Of a DNA stretch of 37,253 bases, positions 1 to 9,203 are shown one piece after another. A model generated the notes under the pieces. It did not search any database and was not told the origin of the DNA. It saw nothing but the letters and a program-made list of their open reading frames with translations. The translations under genes were made by a program, and so were the position numbers. This stretch comes from a virus (lineage: Duplodnaviria > Caudoviricetes): the IMG/VR virus record IMGVR_UViG_3300020584_000002, positions 1-37,253 of that record; one strand, written 5' to 3'. Position 1 is the stretch's first letter, and each line of letters begins with the position of its first letter.

Positions 1-4
1 CCTT

Positions 5-295
5 ATGGCACGAAAGATCAAGAACCTATCCGTCAAGACACGAGAGTACAAAGATAGAGATGGCAATCCCAAAGCAAACTGGGTAAATATTGGAGTCATC
101 ATGCAGAATGACCAAGGCAAAGAATTTATGTTGTTAGATAAATGGATAAACTTTGCAGGAATACCTGACTTTAGTGGTAAAGAAAATTCTGGATCAATAA
201 TGGTAAATATGTTTGACGTAGATAATGACTACCAAGCAAACCGCAAAGACATACCACCATCATATAAAGGCAACGATAACGATATACCATTTTAA
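5..295 (+). CDS. Small SSB-like (single-stranded DNA binding-like) protein
   Basis: 96 aa; 'EYKDRDGNPKANWVNIG' beta-hairpin typical of short phage OB-fold proteins and an acidic C-terminal tail ending DNDIPF like the bacterial SSB tip. Confidence 0.6.
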   Translation: MARKIKNLSVKTREYKDRDGNPKANWVNIGVIMQNDQGKEFMLLDKWINFAGIPDFSGKENSGSIMVNMFDVDNDYQANRKDIPPSYKGNDNDIPF

Positions 296-298
296 TAA

Positions 299-372
299 AA
301 TACCCCAGAGTGAGCAGACCAGAAGAACACTCTGAGGTATTGGCTCTAGATTATGGGGTAGAGACTAGAGCC
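299..372 (-). terminator. Tandem hairpins / probable terminator or structured RNA between convergent genes
   Basis: Minus strand: GGCTCTAG-15nt-CTAGAGCC immediately followed by AATACCTCAGAGTG-15nt-CACTCTGGGGTATT then TTATT. Confidence 0.55.
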
Positions 373-386
373 TAGTAGACCACCCT

Positions 387-443
387 TTATTTCTTCGGTG
401 GCCTACCTTTTTTTGTGCCGTATGTTCCTTTTCCTTTTGGCAT
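387..443 (-). CDS. 18-aa basic peptide MPKGKGTYGTKKGRPPKK (cyanophage-type mini protein)
   Basis: Read manually; AAGGAG SD just upstream on the minus strand; resembles a small-peptide family I recall from marine phages. Confidence 0.65.
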   Translation of the reverse strand: MPKGKGTYGTKKGRPPKK

Positions 444-460
444 AATAATCTCCTTTTATT

Positions 461-736
461 TTAATTATGAAAGAATTTTTTTATTTTGTCCATAGTATTT
501 AATTCATCTGCTCTATGTTTTTTATCTAATGTAGCTTCTAGTTCTATTATTCTTCCTAACAAACTGGCGAGAAATACATCTTGTCTCATCTGATGTCTTA
601 TCAAATGTGTGCAATACCTTTTAACACCATTTACATCATCACTTTTTAAAACTTCTCTAATACGCATTTCAACCGATAGCTGTAACTCTATAGGTGGCTC
701 TTCAATTTCAATGTTGAGAAATTTTTCTTTATTCAT
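461..736 (-). CDS. Hypothetical protein (91 aa)
   Basis: ORF track; start overlaps the stop of the upstream 736-900 ORF (TAATG coupling). Confidence 0.7.
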   Translation of the reverse strand: MNKEKFLNIEIEEPPIELQLSVEMRIREVLKSDDVNGVKRYCTHLIRHQMRQDVFLASLLGRIIELEATLDKKHRADELNTMDKIKKFFHN

Positions 737-900
737 TAATTTAATTTTGGAAATAAATTTTGTTCAAGTAGATCAACTAACTTATCGTCTAATGTATTTG
801 AGGTCTGAGTTACAAATGCACGACATAAATCTATTACTAATCTTTTACAACCTGTTGTTGTAAGGAAGCGTAATAGTATAGGCTTCAATAATTTGTACAT
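736..900 (-). CDS. 54-aa amphipathic protein (MYKLLKPILLRFL...SNTLDDKLVDLL), cyanophage-type
   Basis: Read manually, below the ORF-track cutoff; 'KPIL..FL...K.LVIDL......SNTLDD..V' pattern recalled from cyanopodovirus late regions; translationally coupled to the next gene. Confidence 0.7.
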   Translation of the reverse strand: MYKLLKPILLRFLTTTGCKRLVIDLCRAFVTQTSNTLDDKLVDLLEQNLFPKLN

Positions 901-931
901 AGTTTGTTTGTTTTTCCAAACATAGCAAATA

Positions 932-1093
932 TTATTTAATTTGTCCTTCCAACCTACTTACAGATTCACTTAACTTATTAAGTCTATAATAAATATCTCT
1001 GATATCTCGCTCTCTTCTGCTACTCATGTTGGATAGAACCATAACTAATGCAGTAGCAGATGCTCCTATTAATGCACCATATATCTCAGGCAT
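932..1093 (-). CDS. 53-aa single-TM plus coiled-coil protein (holin/spanin-like candidate)
   Basis: Read manually: MPEIYGALIGASATALVMVLSNMSSRRERDIRDIYYRLNKLSESVSRLEGQIK; N-terminal hydrophobic helix and heptad C-terminus. Confidence 0.65.
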   Translation of the reverse strand: MPEIYGALIGASATALVMVLSNMSSRRERDIRDIYYRLNKLSESVSRLEGQIK

Positions 1094-1138
1094 TGCCTTT
1101 ACCAGTAATTATGTATAGTATGACTAATAAACGCAGTT

Positions 1139-1405
1139 ATGCCAGATAAAGAAGAAGAAAAAGAAGGTACTGATTGGGCTGAAATTTTTGGTCATGCTGT
1201 CCGCTTTATGATTTTGGTGTGGTCCTTAGCGATGATGACCCTTGGATACATGGATAAGATTAGAAATGATGGAGCGTTTCTCGCAGGATTAACTAGCGGT
1301 GTTTTAGGTAGCTACGGCATTTCTGTGAATAAGAAAAAGGGTGGCATTAATAACAGTAAAGACAGTAAGATAGAGGATAATAATAAAAAAGCTACAGCAA
1401 AATGA
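1139..1405 (+). CDS. Two-TM membrane protein (holin-like candidate)
   Basis: 88 aa; two hydrophobic segments and a charged, basic C-terminal tail; function is inference. Confidence 0.6.
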   Translation: MPDKEEEKEGTDWAEIFGHAVRFMILVWSLAMMTLGYMDKIRNDGAFLAGLTSGVLGSYGISVNKKKGGINNSKDSKIEDNNKKATAK

Positions 1406-1761
1406 AAAAATTATTTTTACTTTGTTTATTAGTATTACCAGTTTCTGTTTCTGCTAACCCTCTTCCTGCGTGGACTACCGGCAGTAGTAACAGAACAGAG
1501 AATACTACTCAGACTATAACTCGCTCCATAGTCACAGAAAAATATGGGTCAGAGATAAATACTTGGGAAGCTACTAATATATCTGTGGCTGCGTCCGCAG
1601 GTATTTCTGGCGGTGACGCAGTATTTACTGTTGACGATTCTAGTTTACCTTGGTCGCTCAGTATAACATCAAGACCAGCTGGTCTTATTGAGCAAGTAAC
1701 TCAGAATGATACGATTAACACAACGAGCGTTATTACTTCTTTGTCTGTCTTTAGTCAGTAA
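1402..1761 (+). CDS. Secreted/exported protein, Ser/Thr-rich beta protein
   Basis: Classic signal peptide MKKLFLLCLLVLPVSVSA; ATGA coupling with the previous gene. Confidence 0.7.
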   Translation: MKKLFLLCLLVLPVSVSANPLPAWTTGSSNRTENTTQTITRSIVTEKYGSEINTWEATNISVAASAGISGGDAVFTVDDSSLPWSLSITSRPAGLIEQVTQNDTINTTSVITSLSVFSQ

Positions 1762-2245
1762 TTCTGTTAAAGCAGAAACTGATGTTATAGCACAACCAAA
1801 TGCGGTTGGTAATTCTAGTATTATCAATCAGAATATGAATATAAATAATGGGATGACAGGTAAGCAACAGTTTAATAATTTAATTTGTAGCCAACCAACA
1901 ATAAGTATTACACCATTTTATACAGGCAATGATGCTCGTAATCCTGATCCAGAAAATGGAACGTATAGTGTTAACCAAGGATGGGGTGGACAGATATCTT
2001 TTATGATTCCACTTGGTAACGACAATGCTACCTGCTCAGAACTAGCAGCCGTAAAGCTAGACCTAGCCAAAGAAGAACTAGAAAAAAATATATACGATAA
2101 AAATCTTGTTCGTATTTTGAAGTGTCAGCAACTTCACGCATCCGGCTACATGATAAATCCAAAATCGGAATGGGCTTTCCTATGTGCCGATGTTATAAAC
2201 ATTAAAGCATATGTCAAGGCTAATCGGGATTCTTTTGACGATTAG
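1706..2245 (+). CDS. Secreted/exported protein with four Cys in the mature region
   Basis: Signal-like N-terminus ending SVKA; Cys in CSQP, TCSE, KCQQ, LCAD; overlaps the previous gene by 56 nt. Confidence 0.7.
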   Translation: MIRLTQRALLLLCLSLVSNSVKAETDVIAQPNAVGNSSIINQNMNINNGMTGKQQFNNLICSQPTISITPFYTGNDARNPDPENGTYSVNQGWGGQISFMIPLGNDNATCSELAAVKLDLAKEELEKNIYDKNLVRILKCQQLHASGYMINPKSEWAFLCADVINIKAYVKANRDSFDD

Positions 2246-2708
2246 TAATTTCTTTTTTTAATACCTTTTTAAATATTTTTGTCATTACTTTTTTTAATTG
2301 ATTAATCACAGATTGAAGAATTATAGATCCTGTAACGGCTGCGGTGGCCGACACCCCAGATGCTATGACAGAGCTGGCTATTACTTCTGGTGAAGGCACA
2401 GGGAAATCGTAATTTATAAATGGTATATTAAATGTAGCTACCCCTTCTTGATTTGATAAAAGCTCTGTGGTTTTTGGCAGGTTGTTCAGTACTTGCGGTG
2501 GTTGTGTTGCTGATACTTCCTCCGTTGAAGATGATGATTCTTCTGAAACAGAAGATTCCTGATCTTGAAGCCCCCCCTGTACCTGTTCCAGAGAAGGTAG
2601 AAGTAGAGGATCTAGGTATGGAACTTCGGCCACAGGTGGATAGAAAATTGTTGAATCTGGATTAAGAATATAATTTGTATCAGGTAAATCTGGATAATAA
2701 ATTTCCAC
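2220..2708 (-). CDS. Pro-rich membrane-anchored hypothetical protein
   Basis: GTG start directly after the tail-fibre stop; Pro/acidic N-terminus, hydrophobic segment, Lys-rich C-terminus. Confidence 0.65.
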   Translation of the reverse strand: MEIYYPDLPDTNYILNPDSTIFYPPVAEVPYLDPLLLPSLEQVQGGLQDQESSVSEESSSSTEEVSATQPPQVLNNLPKTTELLSNQEGVATFNIPFINYDFPVPSPEVIASSVIASGVSATAAVTGSIILQSVINQLKKVMTKIFKKVLKKEITNRQKNPD

Positions 2709-5700
2709 TTATGCCTGTGATTCTGTCCAAGAAATTCTACCTGTCACGTTAAATGGGTTGCTTTGAGATACTGTTGAAGGGTCTTCATTAAGCCTTGCGA
2801 CTATAGTTAATACGTCAGGACCATCTGGGAACACATTGTTACCACCAAGTATTGAGTTACCTAATGTAGTAACACCTTCTAGTTCTTGTGTTGTAACAAC
2901 AGCAGTTCTTCCAGAACTACCAGTACCACCCTGCGCTCTAAAGTTAAAGATATCAAGACCACCTGATATTTGGTCTACGTTACTGTGATAAATTAGCTGA
3001 CTCAATGATGGATTCTCCACTCTTGACCAATCAGTATTAGTAATCAATGCGTTTAGTCTTAGTGTAATAGTACAGTTGTGAGTAGATAGAATACCAACCG
3101 ACCTTAAAATTAATTGCATTCGGTTTACAATCTCACGTTCACCAAGGAATCCGGGAGTGTTTGTATCAACTGATGGTGCAAGTCTAATACTTATAAGTGG
3201 TACATCATAAACAACTGGAACACCTGTAGTAGATGCAGTAACTGTGTAGTTTGAGTTAGTGTTAGTTGTACCTGTAGGTTGTTGATTAATTAATAATAAG
3301 TTTCTAAATTCTTCAGTAGATGCATCCCAATAATTTGTTCTTGTTCTTAGGTTAACCTGATATGGTTGTGCAGGTAATCCATAGTATGTATTTGGGTTTC
3401 TTGTTCTAACATTGTTACCTAAGTTTGCACCAGTAATAGGTACATTGTTTGGTACAGAATTATATAAGAAACTTGGTGTTTGTATTTGTAATGCACGACC
3501 TATATTTCTCCATTGGTTATTCCAATATAAATGGTAATCATATAAGTACTCAGCGTTAGCTCCAACAGTAATTGTATTAGCACCAGTAATCTGAATATCC
3601 TGTGAACTAGCTGTAAATTGATATGCATTATCTGGGTCAAACCCACCATCCATGATCACACTTGTTCCCCAATGAGCAAGTGCCGGCACGAAACTTGGTG
3701 TTCCGACATTCTCAATTTCATAACGTGCTGGGACGTTTCCAGATCTTAAATAAGCTTCACGGAATACATTGTTATGAATAAACTCATGGACATAAAATAC
3801 TTTGCCGTGGTTATCTTTAAATCCAAATCTTACTTTACCTGCTCCATACCAACTGTAATCCATGTATGCCATTTGTATTCTGGCAGGATTTAGGTTAAAC
3901 CCAGAAGGTCCTGTGCCATCACATTTGTCTATGTTCCATTGTGTTTGTGGAATTTTGGTAGTCATTACTTTTGTAATTACAACACCGCTGTTTGAAACTC
4001 CACGATAGGTAGGAAGAATACTAATATTAGTGTCGCTAGTTATTTTAGTAACAACATATGTCTGACCTTTAATAACAATACTGTCGTTTAAACTTAATTG
4101 TTTTGTGTACTTAGTACCAACACCAGTAACTGTTCCTGATCTAAATGTAACTCCACCCTCTCCACTTATCTGTGTTGTAGCATTACGTCTACATACACTC
4201 ATAACAGAACCATCGTATTCAAAGAATAAACCATTTTGATCGTCATACAAACCGCACCTTAAATCACTACCTGTCCAACCTTGTAAATAAAATTCTGGAA
4301 TACCTATAGGACCGACTGCCGCTGAGTGTGGTGTATTAGTTAAGGTTATTTGAAATTCATATTCGTCAATAATGTTTCCTACAGTAAACGTGCCGTTCCA
4401 ATAATTGGTTTGACCAGATACTTCTTCTGCTCCAGTTATTACAATTGAAAGACCACTAACTAATCTATGTGGGTATCTAGTTTTTACATTTGCAAGTGTA
4501 CCTACTGATGTAAAACTATCTATTTGTATTGAAGGACTAAAGTTAACAGCAAACGATACTTGTATACCCTTACCAGATTGATATCTAAAGTATCTTCTAG
4601 TTTGCCTGATCATACGACTATCAGGGTTCTTACTTGGTATCAGTTCAACACCACCATCGTATGGTCTATGTATTGCAAAACCATCTGCCCTCATTAACAA
4701 TGATGTACCAATGGTAAAGTCAGCGTCACTTACTGTGGCAGCTTGAGCAGATTCTAATTGCAAACTACCTATACCAGTAACAGCTTTAACTGTGTTTGTA
4801 TATGTGTTACCAATGTCAGTTAATTTATAAACAGTAACTGTGTTACCTACGTCTGTAACAGCAACGGTATTAGTTCCGTTAGAAGCATCTGCTAAAGTTG
4901 GATGCAATGTAAACGTAGTATTAGCAGTAACTTTTACATAATAAAACCTACCATTTGTTGTTCCGGGAGGGGCAGCACTTGCATCCATAACTACCATGTC
5001 TCCAGTAGACAATCCATGTGCTGGGCTAGTTGTAAAGACGGAAGTGTTGGTATTGATAGAAGATACTGACTTAACTTCTTTGGTAGGTGTAGCGTAAATA
5101 GATATTGTATCTCCAGTATTAAAGAACGATGTAAAGTTCGTGTTTGTACCTGTAACTGTAAACGAATCTTGGTCAGCACTAACTGTTCCCCCGCCGATTA
5201 CCTCACCGACTAAACTGTCTGTTTTTAATTGTTGTAAACCATCACCTTGGGATGTCAACGTAATGTATGTACCTGCATTTGCGTTAGTTAAATCTGTTGC
5301 TAATCTTATCCAGTTACGACTTACTCTAATAACAAAGTAAGTTGTTCTTGTAGCTAAACCACCAACTTCAACTTCTGTTATAGCAGGTGTGTTTGCTGTC
5401 GATCCCATACCTGCATGGTTGGAGCAATAGTAGTACAAGGTAGCAACACCAGATGCAACAACTATTTCTACTTTGGCATCAGTACCTAGTGTGCCAGAAG
5501 TTGTAACTCCTGTTGTATATTCAGTACCACTATTATGTGTACCATCAGATGTCAAACTAAATCTTAATGGGTGTGATCCTCCACCTGCGTTACTTGCATC
5601 TGATTGATCAAAGATATATTTATGTCCTTCTTTTAATTCTAGTGTTGGTTGTTGTACACCATCAATATAAAACTTACCTGCGACTACAGTTACTGCATAT

Positions 5701-8700
5701 GTAACAACAGTACCAGTACTACCATGACTATATTCTATATCTTGTCCAGTTACGAAATTATGATCTGGAATTCTTATTGCATCCTGTTCTATCCATACTG
5801 ATGAATTAGGTGTGAAGTTAACAATTCTGTCCTGTATTTCTGAACCTGCATTAAATGTAAACTTAGTGTCATCAACTATGCTTGCGATTTTATATACACC
5901 ATCAGTAGATCCCGGTGTAGTTGCGTTAAAGATCTGTGTGCCTACACCTTTAGTAGCAAGATCTACTACGTTTGTTTTTTGAAATGTACCTGTACCAGTA
6001 AATGGTTTTGCAGTATAGATTTGTCCATAATAATCATTTATTAAACAAGCGTCATAAGTTTGATGAAGAATAATATAGTTAGCGTTGTGCTTGTAAACGT
6101 AATAATATGCACCAGATTGAAATGGTGATACTGGACTTGAACTTGTGTACTTAACACGATCACCTGTATTAAATGGGTGACCAATCATATACCAATAAAC
6201 AGCATTACCAGCTATATAAGAAGTATTTTGTGGAACATCTACCGCAGTACCAGTTACTTCATCAGCGGTTGTAGATAGTTGAAACTTATCTGTTGTTGCA
6301 TTTTGTACAAAGTATGTTGTTCCATCAACAAGTGGATGTATTAGTTCACCACCATTTGCGTTATAAGTAACTGCATCTCCATTGTTTAATCCATGATTAG
6401 TTGCGTGTATATAATCTCCACTAGCAACAAGTGTAAAAGGAATTATTAAATCATATGTAGTAGCAGCACCATTACCGTAGTTACCAAAATTATTAAAGTA
6501 AGTATAATCTGTCCATCCAAATCGTATTCTATTATTATCTACTTTTTCAACTCTCCATCTATAACCATTAGACAAACCTGATATCGCAGTAGAGTTAGAA
6601 GTATGGTAAACCTGATCGCCAGTTTCTAATCCATGATTAGGGAAATATAAAGTATTGGCATCAGGAGCCCGCCTTACTTTAATCATAATACCTGCCGAAA
6701 CAGCACCTGATAATTGCTTAGTAGAGCCACCTAATTGATCTGAGAATGATACTGTTAATCCATCAGGTGAAACAGTTTTAGGATATACAACTTGACCTCC
6801 ACCTATTTCATAGCTTAATAGCATACCAGAACTACTAAATACAGTTATGCCACCAAAGGTTGTATAGCAAGCCATTAATAATTGATCTTGCCCTGCCGTT
6901 ACATTTAAATTATCTATAAAAGTAATAGTGTCTTCTGCTGTATTTGCTGATCCTGTAGCACGATATGCTTTAACAAAACACCCTCTTGATATACCTGCCG
7001 CAGCTCCTGCATTACTTATACTAACTGGAGTTGTACTGTTTTCAGTTAAAGTTAAATAAATTTTAGTGGTACTTACTACTCTAACGTAATACCAACGTGA
7101 ATCTGTTAATCCATATATATTACTATTACCATAACCAATAAAATATACATATGGTTTATTGTCTACTAACCCATGAGGAGTAGTAAATTCAATTGTATTA
7201 GCAGTTGCGTCTACACCAATAGTGCTATTAGTACCTGTACCCGGTACAAAGAAAAATGCATCTTCTGGTAACCAGTTCTTAGGTTGAGGACCACCTAAAG
7301 CCCAACCACCTGTTTCACCAGTTGCTTCAGTTCTTAACTTAAGACCTACTCTTAAAAATGTAGATATGTTATTTGTTGTGCCACCATAGTTAGTCATATT
7401 AATAACTGTGGAATTAGCAGGGTATAAGTTAACACCTTGAAATCTAAATCTGTTTGGGTATGCAGAATCGGCAGCTATTAATTGGTAGTAACCATTATTA
7501 GTAAACCCTCCGGGGATAGATGTAGAGTTGTAATAAACTTGATCACCATTTACCCAACCACCTCTAGGTAAATAAATACTGTTCATATCACTCTTACTTT
7601 GCTCCTCCATAGGAACAATAATTCCATTAACAGTAGCACTTGTCGCATTAAAAGTAGCACCACCTACACTTAATAAAAACTTAGCTTGGTTTTGTGTACC
7701 TGATTCGGGAGCAAGATAATATGAGTATGGAGTAGCGTCACCTTCAAAGTAATACATAAAGTAAGTTGAAGGAGAAGTACTATAATTAAGACCACCTATT
7801 GTTGTATAAAAAGGTCGATATGGTGTATTGGCATCACAGCCCGGAGGATGTGTACCATTAGCATTAGTAAAGTTTTGATCAAACGTCCACACTTCTGTTG
7901 TTGTATTTACTGAAGATGCGTAAAGACCCCACATTAAACAAGAACGCATATGACCTGCGTTAGCTCCTTGGCCTGTAAGGTTTACTCTGTTTAATCCTGT
8001 TGGTCCAGATATAGTCAAATATATTTTTTTACTATCTACAACTCTTACCCAGTAAGGTCTTTCTGCTAAACCACCCGGTGTGCTGTTTCCATATCCAGTA
8101 ACCCAGTATGCAGCTTCACCATCAGCAAATACATGGTCTTCATCAAATTCTATTTCATTAGTTGTAGTGTTAAAGTTAACATCACTATCTGCCTGTCCAC
8201 CAATAATTACAAACATTCCACGTTTAGGTGTCCAGTTGTATGGATTAATAGCACCAATAGCCCATTTAGACTTGTCACCAAAACTGGTGGCTGTCAAGTG
8301 TGTAAATGATTCGACCTTTGTTCTAGCGTTGTTTGGCTCTACATTTGCTGCGTTAACAGAAATACTTTTACTACCTAAACTATTACTTAAAAAGAAACTA
8401 GTACCTACGCTAAAGTTTGTAGGATCTTCTGTTTCTACTGTTAATGTAGATGGGTTTGCTGCGTCTGTTGTAATTGCATTTAATGCAGATAATTGAAACT
8501 CAGTACCTTGATAAACAGAACCAACAAATATTTGTGTGTATGTATCTAATATAGAACCAGTACCAGATTGTGCTGATTTGGCTTTGTATTGAAAACTAGT
8601 AGTTGAAGGTATAGCAGTAACAATAAAAGCACCATCGGCAGAAATGCTGTCAGTACCTTGAACAATAATTGGATTACCTATAGATAGGTTATGACTTTCA

Positions 8701-9197
8701 GTAGTTACAACAGATATAATTTCACTATTATTTGTTTTAGTTACACTAGATAAACTTAAACTTTCATCACCATTACGACTATAAAATGTAGGAATATTTT
8801 TAACTAACTCTAATGTTTCCCATTTTGTAGATTGCAATCCATATTCAAAATCAGTATCAATTAAGTTTTCTGGATTACTTACTCTTAATTTAGATACAGG
8901 ATCTACATATGTTTCAGCAGGTGAAATTGCTACGCTATCTTCCTCAATAAATATTTGCAATACATCTGTGTCTGACATAGATGTAGTGTCATAATTAAAA
9001 GTTAATGTTGTAGTTTGTGCAGCAAGATCATTAGAAAATCCAGTTAAACTAAAAGCAGTTTGGTTAAAAACAAAAATGATTACGTTATCAGTAACATTAC
9101 TGACCATTAATAATCTTTCTCTTTTATATACTCCTTGTAAAACTACCTGTTTGGCAGATGCATCAAAGGTATAGTCGTGTAATAATTTTTTTGCCAT
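2709..9197 (-). CDS. Giant tail fibre / receptor-binding protein (2162 aa)
   Basis: Thr/Gly/Asn-rich; many 'HGL..GD.V.Y....GL....YYV......F.L' beta modules; cupredoxin-like insert; C-terminal 'WYGAGKVRFG' domain; follows the tail adaptor gene. Confidence 0.8.
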   Translation of the reverse strand: MAKKLLHDYTFDASAKQVVLQGVYKRERLLMVSNVTDNVIIFVFNQTAFSLTGFSNDLAAQTTTLTFNYDTTSMSDTDVLQIFIEEDSVAISPAETYVDPVSKLRVSNPENLIDTDFEYGLQSTKWETLELVKNIPTFYSRNGDESLSLSSVTKTNNSEIISVVTTESHNLSIGNPIIVQGTDSISADGAFIVTAIPSTTSFQYKAKSAQSGTGSILDTYTQIFVGSVYQGTEFQLSALNAITTDAANPSTLTVETEDPTNFSVGTSFFLSNSLGSKSISVNAANVEPNNARTKVESFTHLTATSFGDKSKWAIGAINPYNWTPKRGMFVIIGGQADSDVNFNTTTNEIEFDEDHVFADGEAAYWVTGYGNSTPGGLAERPYWVRVVDSKKIYLTISGPTGLNRVNLTGQGANAGHMRSCLMWGLYASSVNTTTEVWTFDQNFTNANGTHPPGCDANTPYRPFYTTIGGLNYSTSPSTYFMYYFEGDATPYSYYLAPESGTQNQAKFLLSVGGATFNATSATVNGIIVPMEEQSKSDMNSIYLPRGGWVNGDQVYYNSTSIPGGFTNNGYYQLIAADSAYPNRFRFQGVNLYPANSTVINMTNYGGTTNNISTFLRVGLKLRTEATGETGGWALGGPQPKNWLPEDAFFFVPGTGTNSTIGVDATANTIEFTTPHGLVDNKPYVYFIGYGNSNIYGLTDSRWYYVRVVSTTKIYLTLTENSTTPVSISNAGAAAGISRGCFVKAYRATGSANTAEDTITFIDNLNVTAGQDQLLMACYTTFGGITVFSSSGMLLSYEIGGGQVVYPKTVSPDGLTVSFSDQLGGSTKQLSGAVSAGIMIKVRRAPDANTLYFPNHGLETGDQVYHTSNSTAISGLSNGYRWRVEKVDNNRIRFGWTDYTYFNNFGNYGNGAATTYDLIIPFTLVASGDYIHATNHGLNNGDAVTYNANGGELIHPLVDGTTYFVQNATTDKFQLSTTADEVTGTAVDVPQNTSYIAGNAVYWYMIGHPFNTGDRVKYTSSSPVSPFQSGAYYYVYKHNANYIILHQTYDACLINDYYGQIYTAKPFTGTGTFQKTNVVDLATKGVGTQIFNATTPGSTDGVYKIASIVDDTKFTFNAGSEIQDRIVNFTPNSSVWIEQDAIRIPDHNFVTGQDIEYSHGSTGTVVTYAVTVVAGKFYIDGVQQPTLELKEGHKYIFDQSDASNAGGGSHPLRFSLTSDGTHNSGTEYTTGVTTSGTLGTDAKVEIVVASGVATLYYYCSNHAGMGSTANTPAITEVEVGGLATRTTYFVIRVSRNWIRLATDLTNANAGTYITLTSQGDGLQQLKTDSLVGEVIGGGTVSADQDSFTVTGTNTNFTSFFNTGDTISIYATPTKEVKSVSSINTNTSVFTTSPAHGLSTGDMVVMDASAAPPGTTNGRFYYVKVTANTTFTLHPTLADASNGTNTVAVTDVGNTVTVYKLTDIGNTYTNTVKAVTGIGSLQLESAQAATVSDADFTIGTSLLMRADGFAIHRPYDGGVELIPSKNPDSRMIRQTRRYFRYQSGKGIQVSFAVNFSPSIQIDSFTSVGTLANVKTRYPHRLVSGLSIVITGAEEVSGQTNYWNGTFTVGNIIDEYEFQITLTNTPHSAAVGPIGIPEFYLQGWTGSDLRCGLYDDQNGLFFEYDGSVMSVCRRNATTQISGEGGVTFRSGTVTGVGTKYTKQLSLNDSIVIKGQTYVVTKITSDTNISILPTYRGVSNSGVVITKVMTTKIPQTQWNIDKCDGTGPSGFNLNPARIQMAYMDYSWYGAGKVRFGFKDNHGKVFYVHEFIHNNVFREAYLRSGNVPARYEIENVGTPSFVPALAHWGTSVIMDGGFDPDNAYQFTASSQDIQITGANTITVGANAEYLYDYHLYWNNQWRNIGRALQIQTPSFLYNSVPNNVPITGANLGNNVRTRNPNTYYGLPAQPYQVNLRTRTNYWDASTEEFRNLLLINQQPTGTTNTNSNYTVTASTTGVPVVYDVPLISIRLAPSVDTNTPGFLGEREIVNRMQLILRSVGILSTHNCTITLRLNALITNTDWSRVENPSLSQLIYHSNVDQISGGLDIFNFRAQGGTGSSGRTAVVTTQELEGVTTLGNSILGGNNVFPDGPDVLTIVARLNEDPSTVSQSNPFNVTGRISWTESQA

Positions 9198-9203
9198 TGC
9201 GTT

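Noticed and set aside
609-863. Plus-strand 84-aa ORF
   Set aside because: Antisense shadow of two coupled minus-strand genes; no RBS and no protein-like features.
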